From NCBI GenBank assembly GCA_036867785.1, contig CP145412.1, positions 868,001 to 932,000 of the forward strand: a stretch of 64,000 nt of DNA. Direction: 5' to 3'. Positions within the stretch are counted from its first letter, which is position 1. Each line of letters starts with the position of its first letter. This document shows positions 15,614 to 28,369 of this stretch, piece after piece. The notes under the pieces are model-generated. The model had not been told where the DNA came from. It searched no databases and saw only the letters and a list, made by a program, of their open reading frames with translations. This DNA comes from Plasmodiophora brassicae. Taxonomy: Eukaryota. A program made the position numbers and the translations under genes.

Positions 15614-16629
15614 ATGGCGTCCGTGCCGCACCACCACTCGTGGTCGGGGGCGAAGCCGAAACCCGAGGTGGCGTCATGGCTCCGCGAGACCGCCAGCTCC
15701 CAGCGCAAGAAGCGCGTTGACGAATCCCCAAAGTGTGCGCCAGGGACGCGTAACCTAGGCCAGCATCGAATTCGACCACCGGTGCCATGGAGAGAGGAAG
15801 ACGATGACGATGGGTCTGTAACCGATTTTCCTGCTGCCAAGTCGGGCCATTCGCGTTCGAAACCTTCGTCTTCTCCTGCTCGACGGAACCAAGCCAGTGT
15901 ATCGCGAACCGAGCCGTCGCCGTCTCCGGCTCGCAGCCAGGCCGGGGGCAACGAAGACGGCCAGGTTGCCGACCAAGAGGCGATTCTGCGACTTCAACTG
16001 CAACGGGCAAAGATTGAGTTGGCTCGCGCCAAGGCGAGCTACTTGCAATCGCTCGCCGAGACTGAACGGACGCGGTCACGTTCAGTAAGCGTCCCGAAAG
16101 GTATGGGCGACTGTCGTCGTATATTTTGTCGAACGAACGCGTTGACTGAGGTTCTGGGACAGCGTCACGTGTGGAGAAGCAACTCGAGGTCATTGAGGAG
16201 GATAATTCGAAGGCCGAGAGCGAGCGCGCAGCGTTCGACACCGAATGGCCTGGCAGTGCGTCCGAATCCGAATTCGGGTCCCATATCGACCCCGACCAGT
16301 GCTCGCAGGTCAGCTGCATCGTGTTGTCAAATACCGACCGGTTCCTTATATCCAACCCCGTATAGTTCTCAGCAGCGAGCGAGCAGAACCCATTTGCCGA
16401 GATCGTCAAGATCGACAGCGACGACGAGTTCCTCGCCAATGCCGTCCGGCGCGGGAACGGTCCCGTGCGGCCGCTGTACGTCGATGCTGATCAGGGGAAA
16501 TCCGGCACGATGGTGAAATTGCCACTGCTGTTTGCCTAACGACCGCGTCTGACGACCACTGTGCAGGCCAAGCTTCGCCGGCGCCTGCAACGTGTCATCT
16601 TCTGCGCCCGTCGCACGTCCGATGACTGA
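15614..16629 (+). CDS. Hypothetical protein with coiled-coil segment, multi-exon
   Basis: MASVPHHHSW... ORF; LRLQLQRAKIELARAK coiled coil; several GT-AG introns link the frames; no family recognised. Confidence 0.5.
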
Positions 16630-16952
16630 ATCGTCCAGTGGGAACGGCTGGGCGTGACGTCGTTCAGAGTTGTAATAAAATTAACGTAATGGGGGGAGTA
16701 TATTGTGGTCACAGCGTTGATCGGCGCCCTGTCGTCGCAGGGCCTTTTCAACAACCGACCATTCCATGTGGCTCCAGAAATGAACCGTGATACGTAACCA
16801 GTAGAAGGTTGCGTCTGGACGGCTGCGAACGCTTTTAAAACTGTGCCTGCCAAGTCAGTCGGTGTACGACGAGGCGACGACGCCGATGGGCTCCACTTCG
16901 AAGTCCGCGCTGCCGTGGCGAAGCTGCCGGGTTCGGCGCCGCGCCGCTCCCA

Positions 16953-18597
16953 ATGTCGGCACCGGCCGCCGGAGCAAATGCGAGATGCCACTCGTGCTTC
17001 GGGTCTGATTTCGACTACAACGACCTGGGGTATCTGGTGTGCCAGGACTGTGGCGTGCAGTCGCATGTAATTTCGGCCGCAACGACCGTGTTTCGCTGGG
17101 CGCGCGTCTAACTTGCCGTCGATAGGTCGCCACGCAGGAGCAGACGGAATACGACCAGGTTGCCAAGGGGCTTCGGCGATTAACGCAGACTCAAGATGCC
17201 GAGCCAGGTTCATCCAGCCGTCCGGATAACTGCCGTCAGACGTCGACGTCGTCGCTACTGGCAACTGTTCAGCAAGTTCTGTTTGTGCAAGCCAAGGCGT
17301 TCATAGAACATGCACAACTTCATTATGGCCTGTTTGAGGCGATTGGATCGCTGTTCCTGGCCTTGCTTGAAGGCTGGAGGCAGACGTCAAACGATCGTCC
17401 TTTTGTCGTGTGCTTTCGAACCGACTATGACGACCTTCGAGAATCCAGTACGAGGAGTGCTGTTGTTAACGCAAGTGTTTCTAACGTCTAACGTTCAGGC
17501 TTCGAAGTGACTGCAAAGACGACGCTTGCAATCCTCGGTCTGGCCTGCAACCTGGAGCGTGTGCCAGTGACATTTGACGACATCGCACAAATGGCAATCC
17601 GAGGTATTATACCAACGAGGCGCCTCCGCGAGCATCTACGTCCTGATGTTGCCGCCGACATGTCTCCACGCCTGCAAGCATTTGTTGAATGGCAAGGTCT
17701 ACCGGTCGGCCACGCGCTTGAGCGAGGTTGTCTCGTATCCTGTATGATTGGCGACCCCCGACCTTACCTATTTGTCATTGTGTTAGAGGCCAATAAGATC
17801 CATCGCACAATCACGCGTATTTGCTCACTGGAGATGCTGCCAGAAATGGTTCCATTCTGTTCCAATGTTCCAATGCTAATCGCTCGATACGTGGAACGTC
17901 TCGGCCTTCCATGCGGGGTCGTTGCTCCGACCTGCGTCTCACTTCTTCGTCTGTATCAACGGGTTCATCCCGACGAGGAGCTGAATTCAGCACGCATCGT
18001 CGCCGTTATTGTCATCGGCATCAAGCTGCTCTATGGATGCAGATCGAGTGCACATCGCACCGCATTTGACGACTGGCTCTCTCGATTGCAATCGGTTCCT
18101 GACTGCCGAAATCCACCCGGTGACTCGGACGATGCGGAGAGATCTGTTGTGAGTGGGGCGAGTGCCTTACCTGTTGTATGTCAAATGACAGTCCTGCACA
18201 GTTGTTTGTTGACTGGGTCCACGATTACGAGGTGGTCCATCATTATATCACATTGTTGCTCAGCGAATATGACGAGCTGTTCGTTGTGCCCGAACGTACA
18301 ACCGGTGACCGTCCCGGTCCTGTTCCTGCCCATCGTAACGACATGGACGTTTACGACGATGTCGGGTGTGATTGCTGGATTGACCCCAACGACGAGAAGT
18401 CGCCGGCGCCTAACGAATTCGTCACGTACGCGAACAGAGCCATTGGGCACGGCAGCTGCGAGTATCACTTCCGTCACCAACGCCTCGTGTCTGCCTGTGT
18501 CGGCACATTCGGTTTGAGTGGCCAGCTAATGAACCTGTTCATCGACACCACGCTCATGGAGATCTACAGTTTGCAAACCGGCAACCCGGCTCGGTGA
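16953..18597 (+). CDS. Rrn7/TAF1B-like RNA polymerase I initiation factor, multi-exon
   Basis: N-terminal zinc ribbon CHSCFGSDFDYNDLGYLVCQDCGVQS; cyclin-like region PVTFDDIAQMAIRGIIP and IVAVIVIGIKLLYG. Confidence 0.7.
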
Positions 18598-19083
18598 GTC
18601 TTCAACGTAATAGACCACATAGCGAGGCGCAGAATGCGGATGCAAAGTCGAACCTCCCGCGCCGTGTCCCGTGTCCGAAAGTACCTACCTCCACACCATG
18701 AGGAACAGACAGTCTTGAACGGACGGGAAGGGGGCCGGGCCCCTATCTGACCCAGACAACGGGAAGTCGTCGGATTGTGAATGCAAGTTCGATCGGCGAT
18801 GGTGCTGCGTCCCAAGTCGTCACGTTGTTTGTGACGGTGCGCCCTGCTTCCTGTCCTTCATCTACACAGACACGCCACATGTTAGACATCACCTTAGGCA
18901 GAAATTCAGACTAGAGAAACCGGATACGAAACAAGTATAAGGTTTCGCTGCCGCATGTCCGCTTATCGAAGCCTGAACCAACGCTTGATGGATCAAAGCC
19001 ACACACTGACTTTCGTTAGCGCATGTGCCGCCGTTCCCAATTAAGAGACCGGCCGCCGGCGTCTCCCAAGCTAAGCATACGCC

Positions 19084-20192
19084 GCGTTGGGACAAAAGTT
19101 GGGCGCGGACACGATGCAACGACGGCTGAAACGCAATCAACAGTCAGACCGGCGACAGGGCGAGCAGGGACTTTGAAAGCCATCGTGCGCAAGGACGTGG
19201 TCGAAAAGGGCTTATAAGCGGTACAGGAACCCCGCAACGTTTCTACATCAGACGACGTGGATGTCCGGCACTGGAGACTGTCAGTCGCCATTTGTACCGG
19301 TTGGATTAGGGTGGAGCTGTCGCGGGGGAGCGGAGACCTGCTGTGTGAGGACCCGGTTAAGGTTCTGGCGCGCCTGCTACACACACGTACGTCTGAACGT
19401 CGATCGTCCGTATGGTCCGATACCAACAGGATGACAGCCGATGATCGGGAATGCTGGGCGCCGCTGGTCGGCGCGGTGATCCTGTCAGTGACGATCCTCG
19501 TCATCCTTGATGCGCGCAGCATACTGGACAAGGCAGCAGCGAAAGTCGCATCAGGCGTCATCCTTGGAGTCGTTCTTTGCCTGATCGTTTTCAAGGCTTC
19601 TGTGATCGTTCGCCGAGAATGGCTTCCAAACACGCAAGACCACCCTTCTGCAAGCGAGCACCAGCGCCGTGTCCACATTTCGTGACGAAGATCGTTCAGG
19701 CAAAGAACGACTCCAAGGATGACGCCTGATGCGACTTTCGCTGCTGCCTTGTCCAGTATGCTGCGCGCATCAAGGATGACGAGGATCGTCACTGACAGGA
19801 TCACCGCGCCGACCAGCGGCGCCCAGCATTCCCGATCATCGGCTGTCATCCTGTTGGTATCGGACCATACGGACGATCGACGTTCAGACGTACATGTGTG
19901 TAGCAGGCGCGCCAGAACCTTAACCGGGTCCTCACACAGCAGGTCTCCGCTCCCCCGCGACAGCTCCACCCTAACCCAACCGGTACAAATGGCGACTGAC
20001 AGTCTCCAGTGCCGGACATCCACGTCGTCTGATGTAGAAACGTTGCGGGCTTCCTGTACCGCTAAGCCCTTTTCGAGCATGTCCTTGCGCACGACGTCTT
20101 TCAAAGTCCCTGCTCGCCCTGTCGCCGGTCTGACTGTTGATTGCGTTTCAGCCGTCGTTGCATCGTGTCCGCGCCCAACTTTGTCCCAACGC
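19084..20192. repeat. Long near-perfect inverted repeat: ~500-bp arms, 111-bp spacer
   Basis: 19084-19584 is the reverse complement of 19696-20192; differences are concentrated toward the outer ends. Confidence 0.95.
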
Positions 20193-20239
20193 CGGCGGCA
20201 TAGAAATGATACTGACGGCGTATCTCTCGGCAGGACAAA

Positions 20240-21010
20240 TTAAAACTCCTTAGCCTGAAACTGATCAGCTCGGTCGACCACTCTCTCTGTGCAGCAGGTA
20301 GAGTCGCCCATCGTTCGTCAGATCGATGCGGCTGACGTCGGCAATGGCGATGTCAATATCGTCGTCCGTCAAACCCCTTCGAATCGAGCCGATTCAATGC
20401 TCGATCACGCGCAGATGTACCGAGGCCCAGCATTCGGTCGAACGCGTGACGAACGTCGCGATTGCCGATAGCGTCATGGTATTGTAAATAGTGCAGAGCA
20501 TGAGTAGGCACCGCGTATGTCATCCTGGCGTCAGACGGCAGTACTGAACGGCAGGAGATCTCTGAAATCCGTGCAGGACGCGTCCCCCGTTGCCGCATCG
20601 CGCCTATCTGCGTGTCAGCCATTTCTGGTCAGACCAGCTGAGCAGCGCAGGCATGCCGGGCATCGCAGCATGCATGTAGGACAGTTGACCCGATTCCCAG
20701 CACGCCTCGCGTCCAGTGCCGCTCATTTACCTACGACGTTCTCGCCAGGACCTGGTCTTAGTCGACGTGGTTGCTCGGCACGACATCGTTCGGGAACGAG
20801 ACGCTTGTGATTGTGCCGTTCGAGGGCGATATACATCGTGTCGAGTCAATACACGGGTCACGTACCAGGTTTGTATCCAACCATCGCATGCAGGCGGACG
20901 CCGGTCAACGTGAAGCAGGCGCCGACTCCGTGGTGGACGTCGTCGGCGCGACCGATGACCCGACGACGCTGACGGTCGCGAACGCCGGCCACTGCATCGT
21001 CGTACATGGC
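20240..21010 (-). CDS. Possible multi-exon hypothetical gene
   Basis: Protein-like segments (MYDDAVAG..., GLTDDDIDIAIADVSRIDL...) separated by GT-AG-like intervals; structure unresolved. Confidence 0.3.
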
Positions 21011-21299
21011 CGACCGACATGCCGTTGTGTTTCGGCAATGCGCGTCGCAGGTCATAGACGCGCTCGGCGCGGGCGCGGGTCAACGGACTCACTACTCGGT
21101 TCTTCGTGACGGCATGTGTCACAGTCAGTGGCCAGATCTACAACAGTGCTTCAGGGAAGCACAAGGCGGCAAGTGAAGCATGATCTGCTGTTGTCCGTGT
21201 CGTGCCCCATGAAGTTGAACCCATATTTGCGTTGGCAACTGACGAAGCACGCGCTTGGTTTTGTGAAATTAAACTGTGTTACGTTCTCTTATGAACCCT

Positions 21300-21960
21300 T
21301 GTAGTCTCCTTTACTGTCCGCCCACAACGCGAGGACTCTCAGCATTCAAAAGGTTAAGCTTTCATTCGAAGACACCGTTCTCGAAGCTGTGTTCGGCGCC
21401 AAGAACACCCAAAACCGAGACCAGCTGGTCGTTGGATTCCGCAAAGTGCGAACGTCTGGGGTAATCCACGATCAACAAAGCGTTCCTGAAACAGGTCCTC
21501 GATCTGTTTGAGCGTCTGGTAGGCGCCGACCTGACTCATTAGAGCTGGGTAGACTGATGCCGCTCCCGCGGCAGCCAGGCACGATCTGGTTCGCCTCCGT
21601 CACTGCGTCCGGATCCTGTGTTCACTATAGCCGCTCCATGAATGGGACACCGATTGCGCTCTGTGCATCGTTCACTGCGTCCCCTATGCTCCTTACGACA
21701 ATTTCGTGCCAGCTAGATGGCGAAGACTTCGCCCAGAGTCTGGGAGGTCGGCCTCCAGCCGACGAACCTGGTCGGCAGGGTGCCGTCATCGATCCAGCGC
21801 TCGACATTGTCGACGAAATCCCGTCTCGCGATGTTCACAATCAGGGTAACCGGAAAGGCGCGGGCGCTGGCAAGCACACCGAATGCCATCGACAGATTCC
21901 TATCGGCCAACTTCCCGTCGACGACCACCGGCTCACCCATGAATGCTTATAATACGTCGA
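21300..21960 (-). pseudogene. Decayed coding remnant of unknown family
   Basis: Consecutive protein-like fragments in shifting frames with stops (GEPVVVDGKLAD..., HEIVVRSIGDAV..., YQTLKQIEDLFQERF). Confidence 0.3.
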
Positions 21961-22422
21961 ACAGCTGATTGGGTACTCGTTACGTATTACGTGATGGGAT
22001 CGTCCAGCTGAAACGTATGGCGCAGACAAACGAGCACGAATGATCGACTTCAACCAGACGGGGGCAGCGTGATACGTTGTGAAGCCACCAGCGGTCTACC
22101 GAGGCACCACAAAGACACGACTCCTGTTCGTTGCTCGTCAACCTTCGACCCATCTGCTCTCGAGATCACTACTGTTAACACGGACCATCCCAATGTGAAA
22201 CGTGCCGAAGGGCACACCTGTCTGAAGACCAGTGACGTGTCATACGATGGCACCTGGGACAACGACAATGAGCTAGCTGAGCGGCTGCGGGACGCATTCG
22301 AGGTGATTGAATTCGAAGCGTATAGGTAGACTGATCGGAGCGTTGTCATATACCTGAACAGTAGTATCATGAGCGTAGGTACTTCCCGAGACTCTGCACA
22401 TATCTGCCAGCGTTCAAGGAGG

Positions 22423-23317
22423 TCACAGATCTCGATGCTGTGTATTGTCTGCTGGAACGTTCGTTCGGTCAGGCATCACGATTCGCAGCACGAACTCGAT
22501 TATCGACCAGAACCGCAGCCCAACCCGGTTGTGGAATACGTAGATGACAACCTGCGGGCACCGTGCGAATTTAGCAATTGACGCTGCCGCAAGGACCCGA
22601 ACCAAACTCACGAGAAGATAGAAAATGAACCCAAGCGCAATCAAGAGGCGGTCAGTCCGCTCCCGGCGACGAATTCGTGCTTGGGCTCGGTTCGTTTGTG
22701 ACGACGTGGCGCCGATCGCCGCGAACGTCTCACCGGTCTTCCTGATTGCATGTGACCCTTCCAGAAGGACTTCATGCACGTTCTGGCTGTGATCGATCTG
22801 CTCCATCAGAAGACGATGCGTTCTATTGAGGCCGGCCGTGATCTCTTTAGCCGCCGACAGGGCTGCCGCATCACTGAAATCGGTTCTCGCTGGATTCCTG
22901 CCCCTGGGTTCAGCAACGCATCATTTAGCAACAGTCCACCCATGTATCCAAAGCCAGCAGGCCTTACGCGCGCCCTCCGAGCAGTTCATCGCGCTGAGCC
23001 TTCTGCAACTGTGCCTGGGCACGTTCATATGCGATATTCGCATTGCGAAGATCGAGCTTCAGTCTACGACCCTGGCACGTCAGATGAGGATACACCACGC
23101 CGTCGATCTGCCGCCGTTCGTACTGTCGGTGCAGGTTCAGAAGACGCGTGCGCTCCTCGTCGGCGTCGACGTCGGCGCGGGCCGCCCCTTCGGCGATCCT
23201 GTCCAGAGCGGCACGAACGCGCGCGTTGATAGCGGCCGCCACGGCCGGCGCCTCCTTCCCGTCCTGCAGCACGGCCAGGTCGCGTCGGACCTCCAGCTCC
23301 GCCTCCATCGCCGACAT
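22423..23317 (-). CDS. SEC20: Sec20/BNIP1-like ER SNARE, multi-exon
   Basis: RDELLGG motif, SNARE helix (EQIDHS..VLLEGSHAIRKT), RRERTDRLLIALGFIFYLL.VIYVFHNRV tail anchor. Confidence 0.75.
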
Positions 23318-23539
23318 GGCCAAAATGGACTAACGACGCGAACACGCCGCCGGTTCCACCATTCGTCGTGATTCGATCAACGTCGCCCCCGGGGTGCATC
23401 TGCCACTGCGCCCGCTTGCCGTCTCAGGCCATTATTTGGCAGTTTGGTGATCATCAGCGGCACGGTCGGGGTAGGTTTGGCGGTCCACAGGCCAGGGCGC
23501 GTGCGACGCAGATCTAGCGTCGGGCTCCGGCGCTCAGGG

Positions 23540-26231
23540 ATGGGAGTGCCGCGCCTGCAGCGCCCGATGCCGCCCAAGCTCACGGTTGCGTTCGTCGAGC
23601 TTCGCCTGGTTCTGTCGCGGCTGGCCCGTGAATCGGGGAGCACGGAGTGGCGCCTCCTGATGTTACGAGCTCGTTATCTGTTGGCGCGGTGTCGTCAGAT
23701 GACACCGCGTTCGCCAAACGAGCGCGAATTGTTGGACGCGCTGCTCGAGAACATCGAGTTACGGTTGGATACTGCCCCCGCCATCGACGACCTGCCGGAC
23801 ACATCTGCTGACATGGATGCGCTTGGGTTCTGCCGTTTACAAGTAGAGCTCCTATCCCAAATCGCAGACGAGGACGAATCCCTTCGGAATCTTAGCGCCA
23901 CGTTGGAGCAGATCATGAATGCGGCCGCGAACACACCCGCAGCCGGACCCTTGTCTGGACTCATTATGAAGCTCTATGGACGCCTCGGGACCTTGTTCCA
24001 GGACGCGATCATTGCCGATTGTCGCACTGGCCCATACGCGAAACGCAAACGCATCGTTCCAGGCTGTTTTGCTCGTGACCCGTTCATGTCCAGCTCGGAG
24101 CACCTGCGTCGGATAACCGTGCAGTTTCCCAAGGCGCCCCGGTTCCCAACGTCGCCGAAGAGAGCAGCGCCGGACCCCATTTCGGCCGCGTATGTTGTTG
24201 TGCACGATACGCTCTCTCAGCTTGGTTGCGCGTGGAACCGCACGGAGCGATTTCAGCATCCCAACACCGAAGACGGAAGCCCTGGACCTGGGTGGTACGA
24301 TCCCCAAAGATCGCGGATTGAGCCAAAGTCCCGAACGCACCCTATTGGCATCGTTCGCGTCTAACGATCTTTCCTCTAGGTCTCCAGCCGTGATAATCGG
24401 CCCCACATCGAAAGATGGGCGAGTGGAACGGGCACGAAGGCGCAGAGATCTGGGGCCGAGTCCATTATCGTACGATATCCGGTGGCGGATGGTGACGGTG
24501 ACGGTACCAGGCCCACGTTGGGGCCCCAACCTCCGCGACACTGTTCGACCGACAAACTGGTTCATTGTCCAACTGGACAATCGTTGCCGGCAACGGGCAT
24601 CGATCCGGCGTATGCTCTCGGCGCGACCCGTTCCAGCCGAATCTGCTGCGCTGGCAAAGTCGGTGTCTTCGGCGTTCATTACAAAGCGGGATCCTGGCAA
24701 GGAGCCGCTTCATGTGACGGTGACGGCGAACTGTGGCTTTGCCCCGCCCGATTGCAAAGCGTTCCTACAACCTCAGAGCCACGCACCGAAATGGGCTCCT
24801 TCGGTATCGTCTCCTCGGAGGCCTCAACAGAAGGTTCGCGATATTCGCAGGACCGGTGCACAGCACGACTCCCTTCAGTACTCAAGAGCAATGTTGAAAC
24901 CCAGCTTCGGCAATCTTCGTCGCGTTCGACGGCGTTCTCATCATCTTCGAAAGGCCATCGACGAGAACACGCCAAATTCGAACGATGGCCCAACTCGGGA
25001 CGTGGTACTGCGCCCTGCGCATCACTGTTCACAACCCCGCCTAGATCGTCGATTGTTCCCAATTGGTCGGGCAGATCCGTTGGGGAAACGAATGGATTAT
25101 GGAGGGCCGGTTTTCGCTATGGATTCCGGGCACATTCCTAAGGACGCCGTATTCGACGACCCGCTGCTTAACCGTGCTGATGCACGTGTGGTCACCCAAA
25201 TCTCCCAAACTGATCATCGTCGAAACGTGCTTCCTGGTAGACCCCAATCCGGAACTAAGCAGAACAAGCCGTTGCAGATCGTATTGAAACATGACACGAG
25301 AGCCGGGACGACAAAATTGGAAACTTTCTTCACTGATCATCGCGCCACTAGCGACAAGCGCATGGAGGACGCTCGCATCGTACTGAGTGCCAATCCCACG
25401 AAACTTTGCATTGGAGCGAGAGGCAATGGATCATGGGCAAAATCACGACGATTCATGCCTGAGAAGCATGGCCAAGAAACAGAACTAGTTCTGACGCCAT
25501 TGGATCATCGTTCACCGAAGGGCGCTGTGCGCTTTACGACCCATCACGATCCCGCCGTTAAACCTCGCCAACTGGAACTTGCCTTGAATCCTCACAGCTC
25601 TCAGCCACCAACTATGTCCCCGACAACAGCGTATCCAGCAAGCAACCACCCCAGTTTCATGCGAGCTGCTCTGGAAACCGCAGTGCAGATTCCAAGGTCA
25701 TCAGTGGCAAAGGGCGCGACAACATGGAACCCATCGACCACACAATCGCTGCAACGTGACGGACATGATGTTGGGTTCAACTTTGGGCCACGTTTACCGC
25801 ATACGTCGACACTGGCACAGCGAGCAGCCTTGTTCACTTCTGGCAGGAAGCAGGGGTTGTCCCAGGATATGGACAAGAGCATGTTCGAGGCGCCTCCGCA
25901 ATGGGACCCACTCCACGTCCGCGTATCCCCTTTCGGATACGACACGCAGCAGATCCCGCCAATGGATCCAGACGAGCGTCAGTACGATCCACACCATGAT
26001 ATTCTGCTACGCAGTGCCCCGCGCGTCGTGTTCGACAGGGCTGAACGATGGCCAACCCTGAAACCATTCGACAACGGCGACTATCTGCAAGTCCTGTATC
26101 CCAGCGATACCACACTCGCTCCAAGGCACCCCGCCGCATGCTTCCCTGCATCATCACGTTTCCAGCCCTACTCGTCCGTGGTGGCGTCCTCAGCATCTCT
26201 CATTCGGCATCGTCGCCAGCAATCCCGCTAG
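23540..26231 (+). CDS. Large protein with SHIPPO/ODF3-like PGP repeats (possibly flagellar)
   Basis: SPGPGWYDP, PSPLSYD, PGPRWGP and FDRAERW-type motifs; long ORFs 23444-24364 and 24192-26231. Confidence 0.55.
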
Positions 26232-26287
26232 TAAAGGTACCCTAGATTTTAGGGCGCACTTCATATATCGTTGAGCAGAAGGCCGTG

Positions 26288-26297
26288 ACGGAGTCCG
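26288..26297 (+). promoter_or_regulatory. Candidate ribosomal-protein promoter motif ACGGAGTCCG
   Basis: Identical 10-mer lies in sense orientation upstream of RPL30 (41313-41322, - strand). Confidence 0.4.
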
Positions 26298-26341
26298 CAG
26301 AGCGGAAGCGTTCCCAGTGCGTGTTATCTCGTCTGTACGAC

Positions 26342-26929
26342 ATGGCGGCCGTCGTCGGAAAGAAGCTGCTGAAGAAGGGCGGTCAGGAGCCCACTGAGCT
26401 CGAGGCTGCGCTGGCCCAGGCGTTTGTCGACCTGGAGGCGTCGTCCAAGGACCTGAAGGCGGATCTCCGTGACCTGTACTTCCTGGCCGCCAAGGAGATT
26501 GCCGTCGAGGAAGGCAAGAAGGCGATCGTCATCTTCATTCCGTTCGTCAAGCAGGCGAAGTTCAAGAAGATCCAGCCGCGGTTGATCCGTGAGCTCGAGA
26601 AGAAGTTCACGAACAAACACATTGTGTTCGTCGCGCAGCGCACCATTCTTGGCGCTGGGTACGCCCGCAAATCGAAGGGCGCCCTGCGACCACGCTCGCG
26701 AACGGTCGCCGCCGTCCACGAGTCGATCCTGAACGATGTCGTCTACCCGACCGAAATCGTCGGCAAGCGCATCCGGTTCCGCCTCGACGGCACGAAGCTC
26801 CTGAAGGTCCACCTGGACCCGAAGGAGGCCAGCAACGTCGACTACAAGCTTGCCACGTTCGCGGCTGTCTACCGCAAACTCACCAACAAGCAGGCTGAGT
26901 TCATGTTCCCTCCCGCCGCTAAAGCCTGA
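26342..26929 (+). CDS. RPS7: 40S ribosomal protein S7 (eS7)
   Basis: RLIRELEKKFTNKHIVFVAQRTIL, RPRSRTVAAVHESILNDVVYPTEIVGKRIR; intronless CDS. Confidence 0.97.
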   Translation: MAAVVGKKLLKKGGQEPTELEAALAQAFVDLEASSKDLKADLRDLYFLAAKEIAVEEGKKAIVIFIPFVKQAKFKKIQPRLIRELEKKFTNKHIVFVAQRTILGAGYARKSKGALRPRSRTVAAVHESILNDVVYPTEIVGKRIRFRLDGTKLLKVHLDPKEASNVDYKLATFAAVYRKLTNKQAEFMFPPAAKA

Positions 26930-27133
26930 TAAATTCCTGGCACAAACCTTCAATGCTTGATCCAACGGTGCTGTATGCCGTGTCTTGGGAATAGCCCGCT
27001 AGTGGCATTGTGTCGCTGTCGAGCGTCGCGACTGCCGGGCCAGACTGTATTCGACACGGTCGTGTGAGCTGGACGAGTCATTTTGGCGTTGGATATTCAG
27101 GTTTCGGGGCCGCGTCGTCGTCGGTTGCTGGCA

Positions 27134-28200
27134 ATGGTGGCGACGAGGCGCCGTGTTTATGAACCGTTGCAATGTGCGGCCGACCCGGAGCAGCTTGATC
27201 GTGAGGGGCAGGTGCGGCTTGATCCGCGACGCTGGCAAGGGAAGAAAGGAGGGGCGATTCCCGCATTCTATAAGCCTGCTGTCAGGGTGGCCGATCCACC
27301 AGCTGAGAACCAGCCGCAATTGGACCGAGATGTGCTCCGCGCTGCTGCCCAGGAGGTTCCCAAGGCTGAACTGCCGGAGGCCATGCGTCCCCGGGTCGAC
27401 TCGTTGGAGGCGGCTGTCAACGCGCTGGACGACGAAGTTAATGCTATGCGGGTCAGATCAACGAATTTTCGTGATGGCTGTATTGCCTGACGCTTTGAGT
27501 CGATAGGCTGAGTTGGCGCAGATGCGCAAGGAGACAAGGGAGAACGCTGAGGTCGTTCGCGAAACACAACAGATGATACGTGAGATTCGTGACAGCGTCG
27601 CTGCCAAGAATTCCTGTAGTGGCCGTGCTGTGAACACTCAGAACAATAGGAAGCGGCCCGCCGATGACAAGACGTTAGCAGAATCGAGAGCTGCGAAGGT
27701 CCTGAAGGCCGCGACCGGGGATTCCTCTACACGGGCTCGTTCGGCCCACCAGTCCGGTCAAGACGAGGACGGTGTGTTCCTCAGTCCAGTGCAGGAAAAA
27801 CCGTCAAAGAACAGGCGGAACAGTTTGCGGTGGACCATCGCGTGGAACGAACCTGAACCGGAAACGAACGCTGCCGCCGATGGTTGATGAGCCCATTGCG
27901 TACGACCTCGATGCGCGTGACGGTAACTTAGACGCACGTTCTGCAATATATACGCAGCATAGTTACTTCGCTAAACGGTGTGTTCGTCATGTCGTCGATC
28001 ACGTCGCATCAGGTAATGCTTCAACAAATGTCGCTGGGACCGAAATCTAGCCATTCTGGGGTCATCTTCACAAGGGCATCGACGAATCGCCCTCTTCGTG
28101 GCTGATTCAGTCGTGCACGTAACTTTGATCTTGTTCGCAGGTGGCGAAATGTGGTGGCGACGTTATGAACGTTTGATGACGACAGACTTGCCAGGCGGCG
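27134..28200 (+). CDS. Hypothetical coiled-coil protein, multi-exon, ends uncertain
   Basis: RVDSLEAAVNALDDEVNAMR/AELAQMRKETRENAEVVRETQQMIREIRD joined by a GT-AG intron. Confidence 0.45.
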
Positions 28201-28221
28201 ACAAACGTTCTGAATCCGGTA

Positions 28222-28369
28222 CAGTAATTCCTCCTATTAATATTCCTTCTAATAGGCCCTGAACCAAACCCCAAACATGCTCCAGGGTCTTAATGAAAGG
28301 GCCGGACGCATTTCAGGGTCTTACTAGAAAGACTTAATGCATTTCAGGATCTTAATGGGAAGATTACCG
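28222..28369. mobile_element. Small Tc1/mariner-pogo-like MITE (~148 bp)
   Basis: Left flank TA; imperfect TIRs CAGTAATTCCTCCTATTAA / TTAATGGGAAGATTACCG; internal IR TTCTAATAGGCCCTGAA / TTCAGGGTCTTACTAGAA; three CAGG(G/A)TCTTA repeats; AT-rich. The right TA is not intact. Confidence 0.5.

Noticed and set aside
19016-20104. 362-aa minus-strand ORF
   Set aside because: Runs across both arms of the inverted repeat, so the second half is antisense to the first; an artefact of the palindrome.
26324-26965. 213-aa minus-strand ORF
   Set aside because: Antisense shadow of RPS7.
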